DNA of 37,801 bases from a bacterium (GCA_046758365.1 JBHIAC010000016.1:1-37801); one strand, 5' to 3'. Numbered from the stretch's first letter, positions 22,050-31,137 are shown. Notes: a model not told the origin generated them from the sequence alone. Numbers and translations: made by a program.

Positions 22050-23174
22050 ATGCCATCTCAATTAGAAGAAACCCTGCAACACGATATCGATCGGATTCGC
22101 GACAAGGTCATAGAAATGGGGGAGCTGGCAGAGAGTGCCTTAAGGACAAGTCTACAAGCGATCACAGAAAGAAATCGCAAGTTAGCTTATTCTGTCATCT
22201 TACGAGATGGGTATATAGACGAGTTGGAGAAGGAGATAGACAGGCTTTGCCAGGAATTTCTTGTCCGCCAGCTACCCGCTGGCGGTCATTTACGCTTTGT
22301 ATATGCAGTCATAAAAATCAATAATGAATTGGAACGCATTGGTGATTATGCCGAAAGCATTGCCAGGCAGTTTTCGGCCGTCAGTTCCCTCGAGCCCCAG
22401 CCTTCCTACGACAAATTTTTGGAGATTGCTAATCTGTCAATATCGATGCTCCGAAACGCGGTGCAGTCCTTTGTAGAGCAAAACGTGGAATTGGCGACCG
22501 CGACCATGAAAATGGAAAAAATGGACAAACAGGCCGACAGCATTCGTTACCGCATTCACGATGATCTGGTTCGACTCCGTGATGCCGGCAAGCTCCCATC
22601 GGAAGCTCTGCCGCCACTCATGATTATCGCCAGTCGCTTTGAACGCGTGGCGGATCAAGCCTGTAATATTTGCGAAGAAGTCTTGTTTATGTGCACGGGC
22701 AAGTATATTAAACATGAGGGCAAAGAGATTTTCCGCATACTTTTTATCGACGAACGCGACTCGTGTCGGGCTCAGATGGCCGAAGGGATTGGCAACTCTC
22801 TCGGCTTGCAGAGGTTCCGGTTTAATAGTGCAGGAATTTCACCTCGCCCCGTGGATGCGAAAACAGTAAAATTTATGGTGGATAAAGGCATCGATATTTC
22901 TCGTCAGACTTCCAAATATCTAAACCAAATTCCAAACCTTGAACACTACGATGTCATTATATCGCTTTGTAAAGAAGCTGAGGCAGCCTTCCCCCCTCCT
23001 CCCACAAAGACAGTAAGTATTCGCTGGAACATTGAAGACCCATCAAAGGTTGAAGGCTCAAAGAAAGAAATTCAAGCAGCATACGAAAAGGCGTTTCAAT
23101 ACCTCGATACACGCATCAGAGATCTCATCCACGCGGTGCTTGGTGATGAACCAAAATATAAGGAGGAAAAATAA
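22050..23174 (+). CDS. phoU: PhoU fused to a C-terminal ArsC/LMW-PTP-like domain
   Basis: DELEKEID, ELERIGDYA and FERVADQACNICE (PhoU), then ILFIDERDSCRAQMAEG, SAG, GIDIS and W-IEDP. AGGAG RBS before ATG 22050. Confidence 0.9.
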   Translation: MPSQLEETLQHDIDRIRDKVIEMGELAESALRTSLQAITERNRKLAYSVILRDGYIDELEKEIDRLCQEFLVRQLPAGGHLRFVYAVIKINNELERIGDYAESIARQFSAVSSLEPQPSYDKFLEIANLSISMLRNAVQSFVEQNVELATATMKMEKMDKQADSIRYRIHDDLVRLRDAGKLPSEALPPLMIIASRFERVADQACNICEEVLFMCTGKYIKHEGKEIFRILFIDERDSCRAQMAEGIGNSLGLQRFRFNSAGISPRPVDAKTVKFMVDKGIDISRQTSKYLNQIPNLEHYDVIISLCKEAEAAFPPPPTKTVSIRWNIEDPSKVEGSKKEIQAAYEKAFQYLDTRIRDLIHAVLGDEPKYKEEK

Positions 23175-24133
23175 TGTTCAAAAACACTACACTTAAATTA
23201 AGTATTTCGCTGGTGGCGTTAACAATAGCGCTGAGCGCAGCCGGGTGTACGAAGAAAAGTGACCACGAAGAGGCCGGCAAATCCGCAGTCGGCAAAATTG
23301 ATATCCAGAACTTAGGCTCGGACACGATGGTAAATCTGGCCCAGGCATGGGCTGAAGAGTACGCTAAAGTTGAACCTACGGTGTCGGTGGAAGTCTCTGG
23401 CGGTGGTTCCGGTACCGGGATTGCCGCTTTAATCAACGGTACCGTAGATATTGCCAACGCCAGTCGTAAAATGACGCCCGAGGAGTTACGAAGAGCGAGA
23501 GAAAATACCGGCAAAGAGCCAATCGAATTCGTGGTTGGTTATGATGCTTTAGCGGTCTATGTGCATAAAGACAACCCGTTAGAAGAGATTTCACTTGAAC
23601 AACTTGCTGAAATCTATGGTGAAGGTGGAACCATCACCAAGTGGTCCCAACTGGGCATTAGCCATCCCGCTTGTTCAAGTGATGAAATTATTCGCGTGAG
23701 TCGGCAGTCCAATTCTGGCACTTATTTTTATTTTCGCGAGACCGTGCTGGGCAAGCAACGAGATTTCAAATTAGGGTCGCGGGATTTGCATGGCTCAAAA
23801 GATGTGGTAGAATTAGTCGGCACAACGCCCTGCGCTATTGGCTACAGTGGCATGGGTTATGCCACCGACGAGGTAAGGATGCTAAGAATTTCTAAAAAGC
23901 AAGGCGCCCCGGCCTATAAACCAAATATGGAAAATGAACTCAGTGGCAGTTATCCAATCTCTCGTCCACTGCACATGTACTCCCTGGGTGAACCCACCGG
24001 CGCTGTTAAGAAATATCTCGAGTGGGTTCTTTCTGATGAAGGTCAGAAAATTGTAGAAACCACCGGTTACGTACCTGTACCGAAAGAAGAAAGACAGATA
24101 GTCGCAAAAAGCTCTTCGCAGGAATCTGAATAG
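23174..24133 (+). CDS. pstS: Phosphate ABC transporter substrate-binding lipoprotein
   Basis: AAGC lipobox, GSDTM, GGGSGTG, ASR, SGT and YPISRPL motifs. Confidence 0.95.
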   Translation: MFKNTTLKLSISLVALTIALSAAGCTKKSDHEEAGKSAVGKIDIQNLGSDTMVNLAQAWAEEYAKVEPTVSVEVSGGGSGTGIAALINGTVDIANASRKMTPEELRRARENTGKEPIEFVVGYDALAVYVHKDNPLEEISLEQLAEIYGEGGTITKWSQLGISHPACSSDEIIRVSRQSNSGTYFYFRETVLGKQRDFKLGSRDLHGSKDVVELVGTTPCAIGYSGMGYATDEVRMLRISKKQGAPAYKPNMENELSGSYPISRPLHMYSLGEPTGAVKKYLEWVLSDEGQKIVETTGYVPVPKEERQIVAKSSSQESE

Positions 24134-25027
24134 ATGATAAGTCGGCAGCGTCTGGAGTCCGTCTCGGAATTTATCATTGAATGGACGATTCGATTCTGCG
24201 GGATTAGTGCGATTTTATTTGTTTTTGGGATTTTCTTCTTCGTGTTCCGCGAAGGTGCTGACTTCCTTTTCCATGGCCTAAATATCCGAGAGTTCTTCAC
24301 CAGTCCAGAGTGGTACCCCACTTCTGTAAGCCACAAAAGATACGGGGTTCTGGCCTTGATGGCGGGAACTGGCAGCGTAACTCTGCTTTCTATGGCCATG
24401 GCAGTCCCCTTCGGCCTGGGTTCAGCGATCTTCATTTCCGAATTTTGCAGCCCTAAACTCAAAGAGACATTTAAGATTGTCATCGAGCTTCTGGCAGCTA
24501 TTCCCTCCGTGGTCTGGGGCTTCATCGGTTTGACGGTGATGAACCAACTCATCATTTCATTATTTGATGCACCGATTGGCTTGACGGTGCTAAACGGCGG
24601 CATCATTCTGGCGCTCATGAGTGTGCCCATCATTGTTTCCATTGGAGAAGACGCCCTCAAGGCGGTACCGGATTCCTATCGAGAAGCGGCCGAAGCGCTC
24701 GGTGCGACCCGCTGGCAGCTCGTGTACCGGGTTCTTTTGCCAGCCGCAAAAAATGGCTTGTTGGCTGCAGTCCTGCTGGGAATCGCCCGCGCTATTGGGG
24801 AAACCATGGCCGTACTCATGGCCACCGGCCATGCGGTAAAAATCCCGACCGGCTTACTCGATTCAGTTCGAACTTTGACGGCTACCATCGCAGCCGAACT
24901 CGGCGAAGCCCCCGTGCATTCAGACCATTACCAGGTATTATTCATTATTGGTGTTTTGCTTTTTTCCATCACCTTCGTGGTGAATCTCACCGCCGACTTG
25001 ATTGTAAAAGGTATTCGAAAAAAGTAA
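24134..25027 (+). CDS. pstC: Phosphate ABC transporter permease
   Basis: ELLAAIPSVVWG, EAA loop and RAIGETMAV motifs. Confidence 0.95.
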   Translation: MISRQRLESVSEFIIEWTIRFCGISAILFVFGIFFFVFREGADFLFHGLNIREFFTSPEWYPTSVSHKRYGVLALMAGTGSVTLLSMAMAVPFGLGSAIFISEFCSPKLKETFKIVIELLAAIPSVVWGFIGLTVMNQLIISLFDAPIGLTVLNGGIILALMSVPIIVSIGEDALKAVPDSYREAAEALGATRWQLVYRVLLPAAKNGLLAAVLLGIARAIGETMAVLMATGHAVKIPTGLLDSVRTLTATIAAELGEAPVHSDHYQVLFIIGVLLFSITFVVNLTADLIVKGIRKK

Positions 25028-25028
25028 G

Positions 25029-25063
25029 TGCTTGAGGCTGGTTGCTGGATGCCTGTTGCTGGT
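25029..25063. repeat. Heptamer tandem array, left arm (consensus TGCTGGT, 5 units)
   Basis: TGCTTGA GGCTGGT TGCTGGA TGCCTGT TGCTGGT, starting just after the pstC stop. Confidence 0.85.
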
Positions 25064-25114
25064 ATCACAATACAAAATGAGACAATAAATAATAATTGAA
25101 CGAGGCCGTATGTG

Positions 25115-25549
25115 ATGGCCAAAGAAAAGCCAAAGAGCTATCGTGATCTTGAAATTTGGAAAATGGCGCATGAACTGGCCGTGGCGGTTCATAAAATGAC
25201 TCTTGAAAAGTTGCCCAAGTTTGAAATGTATGAGGAAGGAAACCAGGTCCGTCGCTCATCGAAATCCATTTCGAGCAATATTGCGGAAGGTTTTGGCAGG
25301 AAAAGGTACAAGAATGAATACATCAAGTTTCTGACTTACGCTCTAGCATCCTGCGATGAAACCCACGAACACTTAGAATTGCTTTTTGAAACGGGATCAC
25401 TGACTGACACACGACTCTTTGAAAATCTATTTGAACGCTATGATATTCTCGGAAGGAAAATAAATAAATTCCTGCAAAAGATCATTTATGATTATCAACC
25501 ACCTAAAGATTTAGTTGCACAACAATTTTTGTACGATGAAGATGAATAA
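25115..25549 (+). CDS. Four-helix-bundle protein (TIGR02436 / 23S rRNA IVP-like)
   Basis: SYRDLEIWK, QVRRSSKSISSNIAEG and FL-A-S-E motifs. Confidence 0.93.
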   Translation: MAKEKPKSYRDLEIWKMAHELAVAVHKMTLEKLPKFEMYEEGNQVRRSSKSISSNIAEGFGRKRYKNEYIKFLTYALASCDETHEHLELLFETGSLTDTRLFENLFERYDILGRKINKFLQKIIYDYQPPKDLVAQQFLYDEDE

Positions 25550-25558
25550 GCAGAAGCA

Positions 25559-26500
25559 ATGCCAAACCAACAGCTAACAACCAGCAACCAGCAACAAGCA
25601 ACGAGCAGCCAGAGCATGTTTGCGGAAACCGCTCTCGGCCGCAGAAAAAAATTCAGTGAATACGCAGCCAAAGTCATTTTTCTTCTAATGACGCTACTCA
25701 TGATTTTCCCCTTGCTTCTCATCGTTGGTTATCTGTTCTACAAAGCTTTTCCAATTTTATCCCTTGATTTCTTGCTAACCAATCCAATACGCGGTATGCG
25801 CGCCGGTGGTATCTGGTCGCCTTTATTAGGCACCTTATATCTGATTGGTATTTCATTGCTCGTCTCTGCTCCCATTGGTGTGTTAGCCGCGGTTTATCTC
25901 AATGAATACGCCGGTGAAAATTGGCTGACCCGGATCATAAATCTTGCGGTAGTGAATCTTGCAGCCGTTCCCAGTATTGTGCACGCATTGTTTGGTCTCG
26001 GTGCGTTTGTGCTGTTCGCAGGTATGGGCCGTTCTATTCTTGCAGCTTCCCTCACTCTGGCTATTATGACCTTACCCGTGATCATAGCCGCCACCAAGGA
26101 AGCACTGGGTGCGGTTCCCATGGCATTTCGTGAAGCCTGCTGGAATGTTGGCGCCACCCGCTGGCAAACTATCCGAAAAATTGTACTGCCAAACTCTATC
26201 GGCGGGATATTAACCGGGATCATTCTGCAAGTGTCGCGAGCGGCTGGCGAGACCGCGCCCATCATGTTTACCGGCGCTGTTTTCTATAAAGCCATAAAGG
26301 AAGGAGATATATTTGCTTACGGTTTATTTGATCAGGTCATGGCTTTATCGATGCACCTGTTCACCATCTCCACACAAGTACCTAATGTGCCGGAAGCTTT
26401 GCCTTATGGGACGGCCGTTGTCCTATTGGGTACTGTATTGCTGGTCAATGCATTTTCCATCATATTACGAGTTTACTTGCGGGCTCGAAAAAAGTGGTAG
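25559..26500 (+). CDS. pstA: Phosphate ABC transporter permease (start 25559 or 25616)
   Basis: AAVYLNEY, NLAAVPSIV, REA-GATRWQ and RAAGETAP motifs. Confidence 0.93.
   Translation: MPNQQLTTSNQQQATSSQSMFAETALGRRKKFSEYAAKVIFLLMTLLMIFPLLLIVGYLFYKAFPILSLDFLLTNPIRGMRAGGIWSPLLGTLYLIGISLLVSAPIGVLAAVYLNEYAGENWLTRIINLAVVNLAAVPSIVHALFGLGAFVLFAGMGRSILAASLTLAIMTLPVIIAATKEALGAVPMAFREACWNVGATRWQTIRKIVLPNSIGGILTGIILQVSRAAGETAPIMFTGAVFYKAIKEGDIFAYGLFDQVMALSMHLFTISTQVPNVPEALPYGTAVVLLGTVLLVNAFSIILRVYLRARKKW
25566..25614. repeat. Heptamer tandem array, right arm (consensus ACCAGCA, 6-7 units)
   Basis: ACCAACA GCTAACA ACCAGCA ACCAGCA ACAAGCA ACGAGCA GCCAGAG; reverse complement of the left-arm unit. Confidence 0.9.
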
Positions 26501-26514
26501 AGATCGGAGCCCAT

Positions 26515-26598
26515 GTTTAGGAGTTCTGGTGTTAAAGTGCTAACGTGTTTAGCTTCTCAAGCAAGCGAACGCTCTAACACTCTCAATTATTTCAACAC
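26515..26598. repeat. Degenerate inverted arms of ~8-bp repeats with no gene between them
   Basis: GTTTAGGA GTTCTGGT GTTAAAGT GCTAACGT GTTTAG versus GAACGCTC TAACACTC TCAATTAT TTCAACAC. Confidence 0.65.
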
Positions 26599-26616
26599 CT
26601 CTTTAGAGGTATCCCA

Positions 26617-26653
26617 CCAACTCGTTCCCAAGTTAAACATGGGAACGAGCTGG
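26617..26653. repeat. REP-like hairpin
   Basis: CCAACTCGTTCCCA-N9-TGGGAACGAGCTGG, 13/14 stem, no U-tract. Confidence 0.8.
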
Positions 26654-26696
26654 AACCTCACTGTAACCGAGGTTTTACGATTACAGGGTAGATTCG

Positions 26697-27449
26697 ATGA
26701 AGAAGATTGAAATTTCCGACCTGAAAGTTAGATACGGCCACAAGGTGGCTCTCAAAGGAATTTCCCTGGATGTCTATGCTAATGAAATATTTGGCATCAT
26801 TGGACCCGCACAATCCGGGAAAACCACTTTATTAAAGGTCATCAATCGTACGACTGACTTTGTGCCAGGCGCTCAAGTACAAGGAACGGTTAAGATTGAT
26901 GGCGCGGATGTGATGAAAGTGAAGAATGTGCACGCATTTCGGCGTAAGATTGGCATGGTTTTCCCCTTGCCGGTCGGCTTACCGTTGTCCATTTACGATA
27001 ATGTTGCGTTCGCTCCGCGGGCGGCCGGCATTCATAACCGCGCCCAATTGGACGAGCTTGTTGAGCGCTGTCTCCGACAAGCAGCACTCTGGGATGAAGT
27101 GAAGGACAGGTTAGACAGCCTCGGCACCAAGCTATCCGGAGGGCAGCAGCAGCGACTAACTATTGCACGTGCGCTATCCCATCAGCCTGAAATTCTCTGC
27201 CTCGACGAGTTCTCCATCGCAGTCGATCCGGTCACCACTATGCGCATCGAAGATGTGCTCAAAGAACTGCGTTCCCAGATGACAATCATCCTGGTCACCA
27301 ATTTAGTTCAGCAGGCGCGACGTCTGGCCGACCGTACTGCTTTTTTGCTGAATGGAGACCTTATCGAAGTCAATTCCAACGAAGTGATTTTTTCCAATTC
27401 GCCGGCCAATAAGATGACCTACGACTATGTAAACGGAAACTTTGGATGA
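26697..27449 (+). CDS. pstB: Phosphate ABC transporter ATPase, subunit 1
   Basis: GPAQSGKT, LWDEVKDRL, LSGGQQQRL and LCLDE motifs. Confidence 0.9.
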   Translation: MKKIEISDLKVRYGHKVALKGISLDVYANEIFGIIGPAQSGKTTLLKVINRTTDFVPGAQVQGTVKIDGADVMKVKNVHAFRRKIGMVFPLPVGLPLSIYDNVAFAPRAAGIHNRAQLDELVERCLRQAALWDEVKDRLDSLGTKLSGGQQQRLTIARALSHQPEILCLDEFSIAVDPVTTMRIEDVLKELRSQMTIILVTNLVQQARRLADRTAFLLNGDLIEVNSNEVIFSNSPANKMTYDYVNGNFG

Positions 27450-28222
27450 GCGAACCAAGAAAATACAGCATCGAAACCAACCGACTCAATCTGTGGTACG
27501 GTGATTTTCAAGCTTTGATCAACGTCAGCATGCAAGTCGTGGATGGGCTGATCACATCGCTCATCGGGCCTTCTGGCTGCGGTAAAACCACGCTTTTGCG
27601 ATGCTTTAACCGAGTGAACGAACGCTACGGCAATGTCATCACCACCGGAGAGATCAAAATTTTACAAAAAAATATCTACGACCCGGATGTGTCCCTGACT
27701 GAACTGCGTAAGAGAGTCGGGATGGTTTTTCAGCGTCCTAATCCATTACCGATCTCTGTCTACGAAAATATCGTCTTTGGTCTTCGCATTCACTCAGGAA
27801 AGGGCACACTGAGGAAATCGAAAACAGACGAGATGGTTGAGCAAGCTCTGAAGGAAGTTTTTCTCTGGGAAGATTTGAAAGACAAACTGAATGCGAAAGC
27901 AACGACCTTGCAGCTCGAGCAGCAACAGAAATTGTGCATTGCCCGGCTTCTTCCTCTCAAACCGCAGGTTATCCTGATGGATGAACCATGTTCGGCGCTT
28001 GACGCTGAAGCTACGCGCACAATTGAAGAATTAATGCTGAGCCTGGCCGGCCGCTACACCATTCTAATCGTGACGCACAATATGGCGCAGGCACGCCGCA
28101 TCAGCCACGAATGTATTTTCATGCTCCTGGGCGAAATAATAGAACACAGCCGCACCGAGGAACTGTTTCTCAGGCCTAAAAGTCCAAAGACTGCTGAATA
28201 TATTGAAGGGAGATATGGATAA
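27446..28222 (+). CDS. pstB: Phosphate ABC transporter ATPase, subunit 2
   Basis: GPSGCGKT, VGMVFQRPNP, LMDEPCSALD, VTHNM and YIEGRYG motifs; ATGA overlap with subunit 1. Confidence 0.92.
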   Translation: MSEPRKYSIETNRLNLWYGDFQALINVSMQVVDGLITSLIGPSGCGKTTLLRCFNRVNERYGNVITTGEIKILQKNIYDPDVSLTELRKRVGMVFQRPNPLPISVYENIVFGLRIHSGKGTLRKSKTDEMVEQALKEVFLWEDLKDKLNAKATTLQLEQQQKLCIARLLPLKPQVILMDEPCSALDAEATRTIEELMLSLAGRYTILIVTHNMAQARRISHECIFMLLGEIIEHSRTEELFLRPKSPKTAEYIEGRYG

Positions 28223-28345
28223 TTACTTGAGGATTGTGAGTTTTCGTCATTGATTAATCAACAAAAATGGTCTGGAACAAATCCCTCAAAAAAGGCGAGC
28301 ACAAAAGCCCATCCAATTTCACATAAAAGGCTTCCCCATGACAAA

Positions 28346-28690
28346 TTAACCCTTTAATCCCTCCAGCGCATGTTCAACACTGTCATAGGTGTCGAAAATC
28401 TGTTCAAGATTGGTCATTTTAAGAAGGCCCTGTACAGGATTTGGTATATTGGTCAATAAAAGATTCCCGCCATTTTTTTTAGTAGTAGACAGAGAAGCAA
28501 TCAATTCACCGAGACCCGTGCTATCAATCCATTTGATATGAGATAGATTAATTATAATGTTATTTTTCTTTTTAGAAGTCAAAGCGCGAACTTTATCTTG
28601 GATCTTACCCCTGTTTTCTAAACCAGATAATTTTCCTTCTAAAGATAACACGACCACGTTTTCTACAATCTTTTCACTTATTTTTATCAT
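28346..28690 (-). CDS. STAS-domain anti-sigma factor antagonist
   Basis: IINLSHIKWIDSTGLGEL motif; about 114 aa. Confidence 0.9.
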   Translation of the reverse strand: MIKISEKIVENVVVLSLEGKLSGLENRGKIQDKVRALTSKKKNNIIINLSHIKWIDSTGLGELIASLSTTKKNGGNLLLTNIPNPVQGLLKMTNLEQIFDTYDSVEHALEGLKG

Positions 28691-28751
28691 ATTCAATTAA
28701 TAATTTTGGGTAAATATTTAATTAATCATTCTAAAGTTTTTGGTAAAGAGT

Positions 28752-29633
28752 TTACAGCAATTTAGCCTCTTTTAATAAAGGGTAAATTTCATCAATTTTT
28801 TCTTGACTTAATGTTAAAAGAGGCTCTCTTGGTTTACCCCCATAAAAGCCTAAAAGGTCCAAAGCAGCTTTGATAGCAGGGATACCATAGGTGCTTGTTA
28901 GTGCTTTCGCTAGGGGGATTAATCTAAGATAAAGCTTCCGGGCTTGGTTGTAAGACTTCTCACTGAACAGTCGATAAATTTCCACACAATCGTAAGGTGC
29001 CACATTGGCAAAAGCTAATATAGCTCCTTTTGCTCCTATTAAAAAGCCTGGAAGAAGAAGCGTGTAATTTCCAATTAGCACATGAAAATTTGATGTTGAA
29101 TCTTTGATAAGTTCTGTTAAATGAGACATCTTGTTTGAGCTATCTTTTATACCTAAAATATTTGGATGAGGCGCCAATTTCCTTACCAAGGATGGTGAAA
29201 TATCAAGACCAGTAAATTTAGGTACATTGTATATTAGGATTGGTATAGGGGAATTATCAGCCACCGAAATGTAATATCTGTATAGACTATCTTCGATCAT
29301 TTGGTTTTTATAGTAATGCGGGGTCACCACCAATGCCCCATCAACTCCAAAGTCAGCTACTAATTTAGTGAATCTGATAGTTTCCGCCGTGGACTCATGC
29401 CCGGTTCCTATAATAATTTTTTTATCTCTCGCACGATTGGCAAGTGCACATTTTATAGCTTCAACCTTTTCTGATTTTGATAAATAAACCGTTTCTCCCG
29501 TGGAACCCAAAATTACATAGCCATTCAACTTGGTAGCATTCCATTTTTGTAAATTCTCTGCTAACTTATCGGGAGCGACTTTATCATTCACAAATGGCGT
29601 CGTGATTGGACAATATATACCTGATAATTCCAT
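28752..29633 (-). CDS. DapA/DHDPS-family aldolase
   Basis: TTPF, GSTGE, VTPHYY, YNVP and GIKDSS motifs; substrate not assignable. Confidence 0.9.
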   Translation of the reverse strand: MELSGIYCPITTPFVNDKVAPDKLAENLQKWNATKLNGYVILGSTGETVYLSKSEKVEAIKCALANRARDKKIIIGTGHESTAETIRFTKLVADFGVDGALVVTPHYYKNQMIEDSLYRYYISVADNSPIPILIYNVPKFTGLDISPSLVRKLAPHPNILGIKDSSNKMSHLTELIKDSTSNFHVLIGNYTLLLPGFLIGAKGAILAFANVAPYDCVEIYRLFSEKSYNQARKLYLRLIPLAKALTSTYGIPAIKAALDLLGFYGGKPREPLLTLSQEKIDEIYPLLKEAKLL

Positions 29634-29675
29634 ATTTTTTTTAATTTACCTATTAAATTAGTAGATTATTGATTT

Positions 29676-29839
29676 ATGACGAGGTTGCAAAAACATGATG
29701 TTTTCAACTTTAAGGACGTAGGATTTCTATCCCGTTGGAAAAGTATCCTGCGAGATCTATCCAACGTCCTTAAGCAATCATAATTTCAATATTTTCAACT
29801 TATAATTTTTAACTATCTACCTTTTTGCAACTACGTCAT
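29676..29839. repeat. Nested inverted-repeat element
   Basis: Outer ATGACGAGGTTGCAAAAA / TTTTTGCAACTACGTCAT (16/18); inner TTAAGGACGTAGGAT / ATCCAACGTCCTTAA (14/15). Confidence 0.8.
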
Positions 29840-30001
29840 TTATAATCTGAGTTTATTTTTATAGGAGGGTCATATGGCAAATCAAATTAAATATAATAGA
29901 ATAGATCATATAAAGCAAGCGAAATTTATTTTAAAAAACACTAAAGTCATTGGATTATCTAAAAATAGTTGAATTAACGATCGTAAATTTTGTTTCCAGA
30001 A

Positions 30002-30964
30002 TTATTCCCATTTACTAAAATTAATTGCATTAGGATCATCTCTTTGTGAGAACCCGTTTAAAGTCATGCGAAGGTCACTATGTACTATTTTAAAATCTCT
30101 TTTTGCGATATACTCATATCCCCGACAATAGCGAGTAGGCACCCGCAGATAGATTTCTGTTAGGTACTCAGTTCGAGCCCAATCCTCTATCTCCTCAAGA
30201 AATGCATCCAAAGTATTTATGGGTAAATCTGAAGACATTTGTAGCACATTGATTTTGAGGTACTGTCGGACTTCTTCTTGAGAATACGGCTCAGTGTGGG
30301 CTAAAACAAAGCCCAGAGCTGCTTGATCTTTCGTCAACAAACAAGCATCCCCAAAACCATACTCAGTTGCCAATTGAACTTCTCTGGTGTAATCCAATCC
30401 CGGCTCCAAGGAATTGGACAACTGCCGCATTTGTGTCAAAAATTTCTCAGCCCTAATCGGTTCGATCTTACTGAATTTGACCGATTCAAATGATGTGGGT
30501 CGGTTCTGACTTGCCTTTGGGAAAACATGACGGACAAAATCTACCGTTAATTTGTCTGGCACAAATCCCAATTTTGTATAGAAACCCAAATTTCTATTAG
30601 AATGAGAAGGCATTTCAAGTCCTATGGTCTGAGCACCATTTCTGTTAAGAAATTCGATGCAAGCCGAGACCACTTCCTTTCCATATCCATGACCTTCTTG
30701 CGCAGGAATGACACTTAGGGGTCCAATCCATCCAACGGTTCCCCAGAGCCGCGAAAAACTATACGCAATGATTTCACCGTCCTTTTCGATGACAAAAGAC
30801 CCATCTGGACAGGAAGCTAAATACATTTCTAAGAATTCAATACGGCAAAGTGGTATTCGATCCGGCCGATAGCCATCTTGTACGCTGGCATGGGTAAATG
30901 ATTTTGAAAGAATTAAGTTAACGCGGTGCAAATCCCCCTGGGTCATACACCTTAGCGATATCAT
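30002..30964 (-). CDS. GNAT-family N-acetyltransferase
   Basis: IGPLSV-QEGHGYGK acetyl-CoA motif and N-GFYTKLGF. Confidence 0.88.
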   Translation of the reverse strand: MISLRCMTQGDLHRVNLILSKSFTHASVQDGYRPDRIPLCRIEFLEMYLASCPDGSFVIEKDGEIIAYSFSRLWGTVGWIGPLSVIPAQEGHGYGKEVVSACIEFLNRNGAQTIGLEMPSHSNRNLGFYTKLGFVPDKLTVDFVRHVFPKASQNRPTSFESVKFSKIEPIRAEKFLTQMRQLSNSLEPGLDYTREVQLATEYGFGDACLLTKDQAALGFVLAHTEPYSQEEVRQYLKINVLQMSSDLPINTLDAFLEEIEDWARTEYLTEIYLRVPTRYCRGYEYIAKRDFKIVHSDLRMTLNGFSQRDDPNAINFSKWE

Positions 30965-31137
30965 CCTTTTCTGCCTCTACCAATAGCGACTCGTAAGGCC
31001 ATACCGCCTCGTAGGGTTTGTAATCCAAAGATAACCAAAAGCACGGGATCCTTTCCAACAAAGAAATATACATAAATCAAACCCATAATTGCGGTCATCA
31101 AAAAGGGTAAAACATTAATGTCATTTCTTTTCACCAT
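30961..31137 (-). CDS. 58-aa small hydrophobic protein (absent from the ORF track)
   Basis: MVKRNDINVLPFLMTAIMGLIYVYFFVGKDPVLLVIFGLQTLRGGMALRVAIGRGRKG*. GGAG RBS; ATGA overlap with the GNAT start. Confidence 0.6.
   Translation of the reverse strand: MVKRNDINVLPFLMTAIMGLIYVYFFVGKDPVLLVIFGLQTLRGGMALRVAIGRGRKG

Noticed and set aside
26513..26710. 65-aa ORF between pstA and pstB
   Set aside because: It only reads through repeats and hairpins and has no recognisable motif.
28223..28345. Terminator between convergent pstB and STAS genes
   Set aside because: Only weak, gapped IRs and the AT palindrome TTGATTAATCAA; no convincing stem with a U-tract.
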